From: Candidatus Marinacidobacterium sp.
Lineage (GTDB): Bacteria; Acidobacteriota; Vicinamibacteria; Marinacidobacterales; Marinacidobacteraceae
NCBI GenBank assembly: GCA_965204755.1
Contig: OZ242011.1
Span: 1,280,001-1,344,000, forward strand
DNA length: 64,000 bases
Direction: 5' to 3'
Shown: positions 36,429 to 45,255 of the stretch, piece after piece
How the letters are laid out: every line of letters begins with the position of its first letter
Position numbering within the stretch: the first letter of the stretch is position 1
Notes under the pieces: model-generated
Seen by the model: only the letters and a program-made list of their open reading frames with translations
Database searches by the model: none
What the model was told of the DNA's origin: nothing
Translations under genes and position numbers: made by a program

Positions 36429-37991
36429 ATGCGTTCCGGTTCACCGGCCGCTGTCCGGCGCCGCCGGCCCGTCGTTCGGCGCGGCCTCGCCGGGTGCGCG
36501 CGACCCGGTCGGGGCCTCCTGTTGGGGGGCGGCGCGGCGTGGCTCGCGGCGGCGGCGGTAGCCGGTCAGGAGCGCCCGCGGTCGGCGGCGCCGGAGGAAG
36601 AGGCCGGCGAACGCGGAGCGGCGGCCCCCGCTGCCGCCGAGGGCGACCCCGCCGCCGAGTACCCCTTCGAGGCGCCCGCGGACCTGACGCTCGGGACCGA
36701 GCCGCAGAGCGCCGATGTCACCGGCCAGTTGGGGGTCCCCGACGGGGACTACATCCCCGAGGTCTTCCAGTATCGGCGGCGCGGGACCCAGCGCACCCAG
36801 GCCGGTCTCGGGGGCGAGCACCGTTCGGCCGCGCTCACCGAACTCCGGGTCATCGACGGCTTCGTGGAGCCGGGCGGCGTGGTGCGGGGCATCGCCCGCG
36901 TCGAGCCGGCGTTCGAGAAGGGGCGGCGTTTCGTCGCCGAGTTCTGGAGCCAGGACTACGGCCGCGCGGCGGTGGTGTACATGAACTTCCGCCCCCACCG
37001 GAAGGACAAGAACCTCTATCTCGGCCGGGGCCGGGTGGACCGCCACCATCCGGGCGGCCGCTACAACATCGGCTCGACGATGATCACCGACGAACACGGT
37101 CACAAGAAGGCCTACTCCAGCGAGTTCAACCCGGTGATGCGCGCGGCGGACGGCACGCCGGCGTTCTTCGTCGTGGCGGAGAACGAGGAGGCGGACCTCA
37201 CGCCCCCGACCCTGGTTTCGCTCGAGGTGCTGACGCCGGAAGTCGGCCCGGGCGAAACCGTCCGGGTGGAGGCCTTCGCCGAAGACGACCTCGCCGGCCC
37301 GACCCAGGCGCGGACGGTGTTCGTGAGTCCCTCGGGCCGCCGGAGCGTTCGCGCGGACCTGATCGGGGACGCCCGCCGTCCCGGCCGCTTCCTGGGCGCC
37401 TTCACGATTCCCGAGTGGTACGAGGGCGGGAAGTGGACCGCGCAGCAGGTCGCGTTGTACGACGCCGCCCGGAACGAGGCGCTGCTCTTCGCCGCGACCG
37501 ACCCGGCGCTCCGCGGCGCCGTCGTCACGGTCGAGGCGGATCCGGGGAAACGGGACGACGAGCCCCCGGTGCTGCTCGCCCTCGAACTGCCGCAGCGGGA
37601 AGCGGCCGCCGACGAAGCGATCCCGGTGGCCGCCCTGGTGACCGACGAGGGAAGCGGCGTGGACGAGGTCCATGTGTCCTTTCTGAGCGCGAGCGGCGCG
37701 GACCTGGTGCGCGTGGAACTCCTGAGCCGCAACCCGCCGCTCAACCGTCCGTCGCTCGTGCCGCAGCCGAATGTGTTCCGCGGCGCGCTGAAGATCGAAG
37801 ACTGGCGCGAACGCGGGCGGTACGCCGTGTCGCGGGTGAACCTGTCCGACCGGGCCCGGAACTACCGGAACCTGAACCCGGTGCGGGACGAGTCGGTGCG
37901 CGGCCTGTCGGTGGTCTACCTCGGCGGGGAACCCGACGGCGAACCGCCGGAGCCGCCGCCGGACCGGGCGCCGCGCGGCGGCCGCCGCTGA
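36429..37991 (+). CDS. Exported hypothetical protein with three Ig-like beta-sandwich repeats
   Basis: Signal peptide; repeats marked by DLTPPTL / DDEPPVL, (ED/TD)..(AG/SG), F.S.SG and G.(W/Y)......D.ARN. Confidence 0.7.
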   Translation: MRSGSPAAVRRRRPVVRRGLAGCARPGRGLLLGGGAAWLAAAAVAGQERPRSAAPEEEAGERGAAAPAAAEGDPAAEYPFEAPADLTLGTEPQSADVTGQLGVPDGDYIPEVFQYRRRGTQRTQAGLGGEHRSAALTELRVIDGFVEPGGVVRGIARVEPAFEKGRRFVAEFWSQDYGRAAVVYMNFRPHRKDKNLYLGRGRVDRHHPGGRYNIGSTMITDEHGHKKAYSSEFNPVMRAADGTPAFFVVAENEEADLTPPTLVSLEVLTPEVGPGETVRVEAFAEDDLAGPTQARTVFVSPSGRRSVRADLIGDARRPGRFLGAFTIPEWYEGGKWTAQQVALYDAARNEALLFAATDPALRGAVVTVEADPGKRDDEPPVLLALELPQREAAADEAIPVAALVTDEGSGVDEVHVSFLSASGADLVRVELLSRNPPLNRPSLVPQPNVFRGALKIEDWRERGRYAVSRVNLSDRARNYRNLNPVRDESVRGLSVVYLGGEPDGEPPEPPPDRAPRGGRR

Positions 37992-38045
37992 GCGGAGGCG
38001 CCGGCCTCCGAAGCGACCGCCGCCACGCGAAGAGGAACGCCTACG

Positions 38046-39287
38046 ATGCTGCCGATGGAACTGGACCGCCGGACATTCCTGGGAGCCGGCTTGGGCGCCG
38101 GCCTCGGTTCCGGGCTCGCCGCCGGACTCGGTGCAGCCGAGCCCGCCCTGGCCGTCGGGCGGGACGAAGGGGTCCCCGACCGCAGTCTTCGCGCGAAACA
38201 CCTCGTCGTCATCATCTACGGCAACGGCTGCCGGAAGAAGGACACCGTCGAGGACCCCGCCCACGCGCCCCATCTCGCCCGGATGATGAAGGACGGGACC
38301 GTCTTCACCGAGGACTTCGGCGAGACCGCGAACCTGCACGGCTACCTGTACACGGAACTGCTCACCGGCCGGGAGACCGTCTCGGAGCACCCGCTCTACC
38401 CCACCTGGACGGAGATCTGCCGGAAGGAACTGGGCGGCTCCCCGAACGACTACTGGATGCTGCAGGGCGTCAGTTACTACCGGTCGTGGGTGTACGACCG
38501 CAAGCACTGGAGCGCCCACCCGGAGGGCGGTCTGCAGTTCGGCGCGAACTCGCTGACCATGAACAAACTGTTCCACGACGACGAGCGGCGCTCTCCCGCC
38601 CGACTCGTCCGGGAGAACATCGAACTCGGGCTCGGCCACACGAAGACCAGCCTACGGGCGGTCGAGGACTGGATCGCCGACGCCGTGAGCCGGAGGCTCG
38701 ACCTCCCGGCCTCGACCCGGACGCCCTTGGTGGACCGGGAAGTTCCGCTCGGCGACGGACAGTGCTTCGAGATCGCGAAGCACCTGCTCGCCGCGTTCCG
38801 CCCCAAACTGATCACGATCCAGATGCTCGCGCTCGACGACGCCCACGCCGACGCCGGTTTTTGGGACTACGACACCGACTACGAGCAGTACCGGCAGCAC
38901 ATCGCGGCTACGGACGAACTCATCGGGAACCTGTACGACTTCATCCGGGCCGACCCGCGCCTCCGGGACACGACCGCGATCCTGCTGCGCCCGGAGTGCG
39001 GACGCGACGACGAAGTGAACGCGTACGGCCAACTCCACCACTCGCAGGGGAACTACTACGCCCACAATGTGTGGACCTTGGGAGTCGGGCCGGACTTCCG
39101 GGAGGGGGCGGTGTTCCCCGAAAAGGTGATGCGGCGCGACCTCTGCCCGACGGTGGTGTACGCGCTGACCGGACGGGACCTGGCCCGGCGCGCCTCCGGA
39201 TCGGTCCGCACGCAGTTGTTCCGGGACGAGCACCGCCTGCCGCGGTACATCCGGCGCGACCGCTTCGGGAACCCGGTCGCGGATTGA
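38046..39287 (+). CDS. Tat-exported alkaline-phosphatase-superfamily-like protein
   Basis: Twin-arginine signal DRRTFL; AlkP-like core strands KHLVVIIYG, LDDAH, TDELIG.L, TAILLRPECGR and DLCPTV. Confidence 0.7.
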   Translation: MLPMELDRRTFLGAGLGAGLGSGLAAGLGAAEPALAVGRDEGVPDRSLRAKHLVVIIYGNGCRKKDTVEDPAHAPHLARMMKDGTVFTEDFGETANLHGYLYTELLTGRETVSEHPLYPTWTEICRKELGGSPNDYWMLQGVSYYRSWVYDRKHWSAHPEGGLQFGANSLTMNKLFHDDERRSPARLVRENIELGLGHTKTSLRAVEDWIADAVSRRLDLPASTRTPLVDREVPLGDGQCFEIAKHLLAAFRPKLITIQMLALDDAHADAGFWDYDTDYEQYRQHIAATDELIGNLYDFIRADPRLRDTTAILLRPECGRDDEVNAYGQLHHSQGNYYAHNVWTLGVGPDFREGAVFPEKVMRRDLCPTVVYALTGRDLARRASGSVRTQLFRDEHRLPRYIRRDRFGNPVAD

Positions 39288-40057
39288 CCGCGGGGAGCGG
39301 AGGGGTGCCCGGTCGCGCGCGCGGACGGCGAACGGACGCCGGCATCGGGCTCGTCGTCGGTCCGGTCCTCGGGGTCGCTCCGCGGTTCGTCGTCGCGGCG
39401 CTGGCCGCCGCGCTCCTCCTGCTGCCCGGCGTGTCCGGCGCGGACGGCCGGACCGCCGGCCGGCAGCCGGTCTCGGCCGGCGGCCCCGCGGACCGGAGGG
39501 CGCCCGTCGCCCGGCCGCCGCAGCATCCCGGGCCGCGGCGGCCCACGCTGGCGGAGGCTGCCCGCCGGAACCGGGAACGGATCGCGAGGAGCCGCCGCCG
39601 GGGAGGACCGGCGCCCCGATACGACGACGCGGCCTTCCCCGCCGAGCGCGCCCCCGACGGCGCGGATCCCGGGCCGGCGGAGTCGTCGGCGCCCCGCTCC
39701 GTCCCCTCCGCCGCCGGCCGGCGGAGCGGGGAAGGATCCCCGGAAGGTGAGCCGTCCCCCGAAGCCTCGGAACGCCTCGGCCTCCGCGACTCCGGATCTC
39801 GAGGAGAGACCTCCGCCGAGGACCGAGCCGCGGCCCGCCGGGAGCGGGAGCAGGCCCTGCGCGAACGGCTGCTCGACCTGGAGTGGTCGCTCGCCGCCGT
39901 CGGCGCGAGCGGCCTCCCGTACGCGCCGCGGAATCCGAACCGGGCGCTCGACCCCCTCGGCGCCGGGCGGCTCCGCGCTCGGCAGGAGGAGATCCGCCGG
40001 GAACTCGCCGCCCTGGCCGAGAAAACCGCCGCCGGGAAGAGACGACCGCCCCGGTAG
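39284..40057 (+). CDS. Exported hypothetical protein
   Basis: TTG overlaps the upstream TGA; hydrophobic signal-like segment, TLAEAARR motif and C-terminal coiled coil; 3' part of ORF 36110..40057. Confidence 0.55.
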   Translation: MTAGSGGVPGRARGRRTDAGIGLVVGPVLGVAPRFVVAALAAALLLLPGVSGADGRTAGRQPVSAGGPADRRAPVARPPQHPGPRRPTLAEAARRNRERIARSRRRGGPAPRYDDAAFPAERAPDGADPGPAESSAPRSVPSAAGRRSGEGSPEGEPSPEASERLGLRDSGSRGETSAEDRAAARREREQALRERLLDLEWSLAAVGASGLPYAPRNPNRALDPLGAGRLRARQEEIRRELAALAEKTAAGKRRPPR

Positions 40058-40066
40058 GGGCCGGCC

Positions 40067-40088
40067 CGCCGCCGGGCCGCCGGCGGCG
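40067..40088. terminator. GC hairpin between convergent genes
   Basis: Perfect 9-bp stem CGCCGCCGG / CCGGCGGCG with a 4-nt loop; no U-tract. Confidence 0.4.
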
Positions 40089-40091
40089 ACT

Positions 40092-41048
40092 TCAGCGGAG
40101 CGTGAGCAGCAGCGGGGGCCCGTCCGGGCGTTCGAGCAGGACGGACTCCGAGGGTTCGATGACGGCGACGCGGTATCGGCCGATCCGGTCGCCGGCGGTC
40201 ACCAGCACCGTCTCCCCCTCGTGGAAGAGCGCCGCCCGCACCGGCTCACCCGACCCCAAGTCCACGAACCCGTGGAGTTCGGGCGCCCGCGGAACCTCCG
40301 GCGGGCGGAACGGCGCGGGCGGCTCTCGCTCCACCGAAGGCGCCGCGCGCCCGGCGGGTTCACGCGGCCGGGGCGGCGGCGCAGCGGCCCGGAGTTCCCG
40401 ACCGGCCGCGGGAAGCCGCGCTTCGAGCCAATCGGAAACGGCCTCGATCTCCTCGATCTCCTCGTCGAGGCGGGCATCCCCTCCCGCGGCGGCGCCGGAG
40501 TCCACGCCCTCCTCCGGCCACAACACCGATGCCGCGGCGGTGAGAACCGTCGGCCGGCCGGCGCCGGCGGCGCTCGGCTCGGTGAGTTGCGCCCGGTCGA
40601 ACCGGAGCGGCCAGCCGCCGGCTTCCATCGCGGACACGAACTCGATCAGGTCCGCTGTCCGCCCTTCGGCGGTGAGTTGGGCCTCGGCGCCGGCGGTTCC
40701 CCGCGGCGGGCGGGCGAGCGGCGCGAGCCGAACCGAAGTGAGGTCCACGCCGCGAGGCGCGGCGAGATCGAGGAGGCGCGCCCGGACCTCCGCCACGCTC
40801 CGGGGCCCGGGGGGGCGCCGGTCGAGCAGCGCCGCCAGCCGGGCCAGGCGCTCCTCCCGTTCCCTTCCCCGCTCGACTTCCCGCCGGGCGCGCTCCGCGT
40901 ACTGCTCGGCCGAGGCTCGCTCGGAACGCCGGTCGAGCGCCGCGCGCCGCTCGATCCAGACGAGCGCGGTCAGCGCCGCGAGGAGCACCGTGAGGAGCGC
41001 CCGCAGTCGGAGGGAAACCCCGGCGCCGTGAACGAAACCCGCGGTCAC
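40092..41048 (-). CDS. PilO/GspM-like protein with C-terminal PilP/GspC-like domain
   Basis: TM helix, coiled coil and ferredoxin-like segment (LTAEG...LIEFVSAME), then Pro linker and ELHGFV...AL...GDRIGRYRV..I....VLL; GTG at 41048. Confidence 0.6.
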   Translation of the reverse strand: MTAGFVHGAGVSLRLRALLTVLLAALTALVWIERRAALDRRSERASAEQYAERARREVERGREREERLARLAALLDRRPPGPRSVAEVRARLLDLAAPRGVDLTSVRLAPLARPPRGTAGAEAQLTAEGRTADLIEFVSAMEAGGWPLRFDRAQLTEPSAAGAGRPTVLTAAASVLWPEEGVDSGAAAGGDARLDEEIEEIEAVSDWLEARLPAAGRELRAAAPPPRPREPAGRAAPSVEREPPAPFRPPEVPRAPELHGFVDLGSGEPVRAALFHEGETVLVTAGDRIGRYRVAVIEPSESVLLERPDGPPLLLTLR

Positions 41049-41638
41049 GGCGCCCCTCCTGGTTTTTCGCGGCCTTCCGCCCGCTCTTCGGTACCGGGGA
41101 CGGCAGGCGGTTCGGTGGAGATCCGGGAGGTGATCTCGACGACCACGCTCCCGTCCCGCTGCCGCCGCTCCGAGATCACTTCCGCCGCCAGCACCGCGTC
41201 CGACCGAAGCAGCGCGCCGAGGAGGCCGGCCACCGCTGCGGCGTCGGACGCTCGGGCGGACAGGGACGCCTCGGCCGCCGCGCTCCCGCCGGCGGCCGGC
41301 GCCGGCCGGATCGCGACCCCCGTCAACCGGACTCCGGGCGGAGCCGCGCCGCGCACCGTGGTGAACGCTTCCGCCAGTCGCACTCCCCCGACCGCGCCGG
41401 ACAGCATCAACACCGCAGCCTCCCGGCGCGCCGCCGCGGCGTCCGTCGCCGGCGCGACGGCGGCGGCCGCGCCTCCGGGCGCGGGCGCCTCGGCGGCCCC
41501 TTCGGCCCGCAACCGGAAGAGGGACACGGCGCCGGTCACGGCCGCGACCGCAAGGCCCGCGAGGGCCGCGTCGAGCAGGAACCGCACTCCGGGGCGCGGA
41601 CGCCGACCGAGTTGGACTCCCGGCGGAATCCGCGCCAT
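41045..41638 (-). CDS. PilN-like protein (degenerate)
   Basis: TM helix then PPGVRLTGV motif; lies between the pilM-like and pilO-like genes. Confidence 0.55.
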   Translation of the reverse strand: MARIPPGVQLGRRPRPGVRFLLDAALAGLAVAAVTGAVSLFRLRAEGAAEAPAPGGAAAAVAPATDAAAARREAAVLMLSGAVGGVRLAEAFTTVRGAAPPGVRLTGVAIRPAPAAGGSAAAEASLSARASDAAAVAGLLGALLRSDAVLAAEVISERRQRDGSVVVEITSRISTEPPAVPGTEERAEGREKPGGAP

Positions 41639-41659
41639 GGGTCGGGCCGCGCCGGGGAC

Positions 41660-42616
41660 CTAGACCGCGGCCGCCGGTCGGGAGGCCAGCGCGGACGGCC
41701 GGACGCCGACCCTTCGGAGGAGCGCCGCGAGCGCATCCTCCCGAATCGGGGGCGCCGGGCCGGAAACCGACTCGCCGGCGCCCGGCGGTCGGGCGCGGGT
41801 GTCCGGTTCCGCCTCCCCGGCCGGCGAACCGCCGGGCAGCCCGAGCAGCGCCCGGACTTCGGCGGCCCCTTCCCCGCGGACGGAGACCGCCTCGGCGCCG
41901 GCGCTCCCCGTCAGTTTGCGGACCGCGGCCGCCGGCGGTTCCGGATCGAGCGCCGCGCGCAACTTGAGCCGGAAGGCCGTGAGCCGGTTCCCGGCGGCGG
42001 CGGCGACGGCGAAATGCCTCCGATGGAGCGCCGCCAGGATCCGCTCTCCGGCGCCGCGGCCCGCCGCGAGCCACTCGGGAAGGATCGCCAGCGTCGGCGT
42101 GTCCACCCAGCGCACTTCGAGGCCGACCGCCGCCGCCACCGATTCGTACTGCGAGACCACCGCGGCCGAGGCGCAGGCGCCGAGCAGCGAGCGCCGCCGA
42201 AGCGGGCCGCTCGGGATCGCGCCGAAGCGAACCCGGCCCGGCGCCGGCCGCGACCCGGGGTCGCTCCCGGCGGCGAGGCCGGCGGCGAGATCCAGCAGCA
42301 ACCGCCTTCGCCCCCCCGCGCCCGGCGTCTCGGCGAACGCCACCGCCACCGCCCGGTCCGGGATCGCGAGCACGGCCTCGGTGAACGGCCCGCCCGGGTA
42401 TTCGCCGTCCGGTTCCGAGAGCCGCTCCAAGGCGCTCCCGAGCGCCCGCGCCGCGTCGGCGGTCGAGGAGAGGTTCGGCTCGGAAGAGGACGCGCGCAGG
42501 AGGTTCTCCGGGAGACGCCTCTCGACCCACCGCCCGTCGCCGGAGCGGAGGAACAGCCGCTCGGCGCCGAACGCGATTCCGACGGTGCGGCGGCGTTTCG
42601 ACCGGAACCGGCGCAT
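41660..42616 (-). CDS. PilM/GspL-like actin-fold protein (degenerate)
   Basis: ATG at 42616; motifs VGIAFG, LPENLL..S..EPNL, AVLAIPD and VVSQYE.V..AVGL....VD. Confidence 0.6.
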   Translation of the reverse strand: MRRFRSKRRRTVGIAFGAERLFLRSGDGRWVERRLPENLLRASSSEPNLSSTADAARALGSALERLSEPDGEYPGGPFTEAVLAIPDRAVAVAFAETPGAGGRRRLLLDLAAGLAAGSDPGSRPAPGRVRFGAIPSGPLRRRSLLGACASAAVVSQYESVAAAVGLEVRWVDTPTLAILPEWLAAGRGAGERILAALHRRHFAVAAAAGNRLTAFRLKLRAALDPEPPAAAVRKLTGSAGAEAVSVRGEGAAEVRALLGLPGGSPAGEAEPDTRARPPGAGESVSGPAPPIREDALAALLRRVGVRPSALASRPAAAV

Positions 42617-42645
42617 CTTGGTGCAGGGAAGCCCGAACGCCGCCG

Positions 42646-42655
42646 ATGGTACAAT
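42646..42655. promoter_or_regulatory. Overlapping divergent -10 boxes (TGnTACAAT on +, TACCAT on -)
   Basis: ATGGTACAAT lies between the pilM-like gene (-) and the EF-G paralogue (+). Confidence 0.6.
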
Positions 42656-42769
42656 TCGCGGTTCGCCCGGCGGCGGTTCGCCGGGTCTCTCTCCGATACT
42701 TCTTGCGTTTCTTCTCGGAGCCCCTCGAACGCCCGTTCGATCCACCCGCTTCCGGCGCCGACGATGGCC

Positions 42770-42870
42770 GCCCGTGGAGAAAGTCCGGGGAGCGGTCCTC
42801 GGCGCGAAGCGCCGATCGGGAAGGCGCGCCGGAAGGGGGTGTCCACTTCCCCGCGACAGCCAGCGGGGGC
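42770..42870 (+). repeat. Partial (left-end) copy of the MITE-like element at 45015-45235
   Basis: GTGGAGAAAGTCCGGGGAGCGG and TCGGCGCGAAGCGCCGA are identical to 45021-45062, and similarity continues to CCCCGCGA.AG...GCGGGGG. Confidence 0.8.
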
Positions 42871-42947
42871 TTCGGGCCTTCCGGTGGAGGAGCGGAGGGC
42901 GGAGCGCTTCTTCCGCGGCCTGACCGCGCCCCGACGCCGACGGAAGC

Positions 42948-45014
42948 ATGAATTCGAAAGGCCTCCCCCACCTCCGCACCCTCGCGGTCGCCGGACACGG
43001 CACTTCGGGCAAGACCACCTTGGTGTCCGCGCTGCTCTACCAGGCCGGCGCGGAGACCCGACTCGGCCGGATCGAGGAAGGCAACACGGTCACGGATTAC
43101 GACGAAGACGAGATCGAACGGGGAATCAGTCTGGGAGCGGCCCTCGCCTCCTGCGAGTGGAACGAAGTCCACCTGAACCTGGTGGACACCCCCGGATACG
43201 GCAACTTCATCACCGAGGCGAGTTTGGCGATGCCGATCGCCGACACGGCGCTCGTCTCGGTGTGCGGCGTGGACGGCGTCCAGGTGAACACCGAGCGGGT
43301 CTGGGGATTCGCCGAGTCGGCGGGCGCCGCCGCGATGCTGGTCGTGAACCGGCTGGACCGGGAACGGGCGTCGTTTACGCGCGCGCTCGCGGGGATTCAG
43401 CGAGCCTTCGGCCGAACCGCGATTCCGGTGCAGTTGCCGATCGGAGAAGAGGCGGAATTCCGCGGCGTCCTGGATCTGATCTCCATGAAGGCGCATCTCG
43501 GCCCGGGCCCGGACGGCCGGACCGTTTCCCTCTCGGAGGCGCCCGGCGAGATGCAGGCGGCGGCGGAGACCGCAAGATCGGAACTCATGGAGATGATCGC
43601 CGAGTCCGACGAGGAACTGCTCGAACATTTCTTCGAGGCCGGTGAACTGAGCGAGGAGCAGATGCTTCGCGGCCTCGCCGCCGGGGTGGCCTCCCGCTCC
43701 ATCTTCCCGGTGTTCGCCGCCGCCGCGGCGCGGAACATCGGCACGACCGCGCTCCTCGACGCCATCACCGCCGTCGCTCCGGCCCCGGCCCGACGGGGCC
43801 CGGCCAAGGGCCGCGGGCCGGACGGCGAGCCGGCGGAGCGCGAGGTGTCCACTTCGGCGCCGGCGAGCGTCTATGTGTTCAAGACCATCGCCGACCCGTT
43901 CGCCGGGCGGCTGAGCCTGTTCCGGGTGATGACCGGCTCCGTGAGCGCCGACACGCCTCTCCGCAACCTTCGCACGGGCGGAGCGGAGCGGCTGGGAAGC
44001 GTGTACCGGATGAACGGCAAGGCGACCGACGCAGTGGCCTCGCTCGGCGCCGGAGACCTCGGCTGCTTCGCGAAACTGCGGGACACGGCGACCGGAGACA
44101 CCCTGGCGGTGGACGACGCCGTCCGCTATCTCCGTCCGGAAGTGCCGCGGCCGGTCATCAGTTTCGCCATCGAACCCAAGTCGCGGGGTGACGAAGAAAA
44201 GATCTCCCAAGCCCTCCAGCGCCTCGGCGAAGAAGACCTCACGCTCACTTTCGAGAGGGACCGGGAACTGAGACTCTCCGGCACGGGCCAACTCCACATC
44301 GAAGTCGTAGTTTCCCGGCTGAAGCGCAAGTACGGCGTCGAAGTGACGCTCAAGCCTCCGCAAGTGCCTTACCGGGAAACGATCACCGCCAGCGCGGAGG
44401 CGCACGGACGGCACAAGAAGCAGACCGGCGGACACGGACAGTTCGCGGATTGTCATGTGCGCGTCGAGCCGCTTCCCCGCGGCGCAGACTTCGTCTTCGA
44501 GAGCAAGATCGTGGGCGGCGTGATCCCCAAGCAGTTCATTCCCGCCATCGAAAAGGGTTTCCAGGAAGCGCGGCAGAAAGGGTATGTGGCCGGCTATCCG
44601 GTCGTGGACTTCAAGGCGACCGTCTTCGACGGCAAATTCCACGCGGTGGACTCCTCCGAGATCGCTTTCAAGATCGCCGCGTCGCTGGCGTTCCGCGACG
44701 CCATGTCCCGGTGCCGTCCCACTCTGCTGGAGCCGGTGATGGCCGTGGAGATCACGGTTCCCGAAGAGTCCACCGGCGATGTCCTCGGCGACCTGAACGC
44801 GCGCCGGGGCCGGACGCAGGGCATGGACACGAAGGGCGATACGATCGCGATCACCGCGCAGGTCCCGATGGCCGAGATGCTCACCTACGAACCGACCCTG
44901 ACCTCGCTCACGGGCGGCCGCGGCGGCTTCCGGATGGAGTTCTCCCATTACGACCCGGTGCCGCCGAACATCGCCAAACAACTGATCGACGCCCACAACG
45001 CCGACAGCGAATAG
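42948..45014 (+). CDS. fusA2: Elongation factor G paralogue (EF-G2-like)
   Basis: Motifs GHGTSGKTT, ERGISL, DTPGYGNF, NRLD, KKQTGGHGQF and DSSEIAFK; G-domain motifs are of the divergent EF-G II type. Confidence 0.9.
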   Translation: MNSKGLPHLRTLAVAGHGTSGKTTLVSALLYQAGAETRLGRIEEGNTVTDYDEDEIERGISLGAALASCEWNEVHLNLVDTPGYGNFITEASLAMPIADTALVSVCGVDGVQVNTERVWGFAESAGAAAMLVVNRLDRERASFTRALAGIQRAFGRTAIPVQLPIGEEAEFRGVLDLISMKAHLGPGPDGRTVSLSEAPGEMQAAAETARSELMEMIAESDEELLEHFFEAGELSEEQMLRGLAAGVASRSIFPVFAAAAARNIGTTALLDAITAVAPAPARRGPAKGRGPDGEPAEREVSTSAPASVYVFKTIADPFAGRLSLFRVMTGSVSADTPLRNLRTGGAERLGSVYRMNGKATDAVASLGAGDLGCFAKLRDTATGDTLAVDDAVRYLRPEVPRPVISFAIEPKSRGDEEKISQALQRLGEEDLTLTFERDRELRLSGTGQLHIEVVVSRLKRKYGVEVTLKPPQVPYRETITASAEAHGRHKKQTGGHGQFADCHVRVEPLPRGADFVFESKIVGGVIPKQFIPAIEKGFQEARQKGYVAGYPVVDFKATVFDGKFHAVDSSEIAFKIAASLAFRDAMSRCRPTLLEPVMAVEITVPEESTGDVLGDLNARRGRTQGMDTKGDTIAITAQVPMAEMLTYEPTLTSLTGGRGGFRMEFSHYDPVPPNIAKQLIDAHNADSE

Positions 45015-45235
45015 CAGCCTGTGGAGAAAGTCCGGGGAGCGGCTGTCGGCGCGAAGCGCCGACCGGGGCGGGGTGCGGGGAGGGAGTATCCCCCTCCCCG
45101 CGATAGTCGGCGGGGGGAATCGCGCAGCGATTCGCGCCGCCGGTCCGTGGGAAGAGCGCCCCGCCGGGAAACGCGACAGGGACTTCGCGTCCTCCGCTCG
45201 ATGAGCAGAGGGCGGGGTGCTTTTTCCACGGGCCG
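45015..45235. mobile_element. MITE-like non-autonomous element (~220 bp)
   Basis: Imperfect terminal inverted repeats CAGCCTGTGGAGAAAG / CTTTTTCCACGGGCCG, three internal hairpins, a second partial copy 2.2 kb upstream and no transposase. Confidence 0.65.
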
Positions 45236-45255
45236 ATAACGGCGCCGGACGGACC

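Noticed and set aside
42948-45014. Canonical fusA of the str operon
   Set aside because: It lacks AHIDAGKTT / RGITI / DTPGHVDF, is not flanked by rpsG and tuf, and is oriented opposite to the ribosomal cluster, so it is called an EF-G paralogue.
45217-45255. ORF-track GTG start of the giant ATPase
   Set aside because: It lies inside the right terminal repeat of the MITE-like element; the in-frame ATG at 45256 is more plausible.
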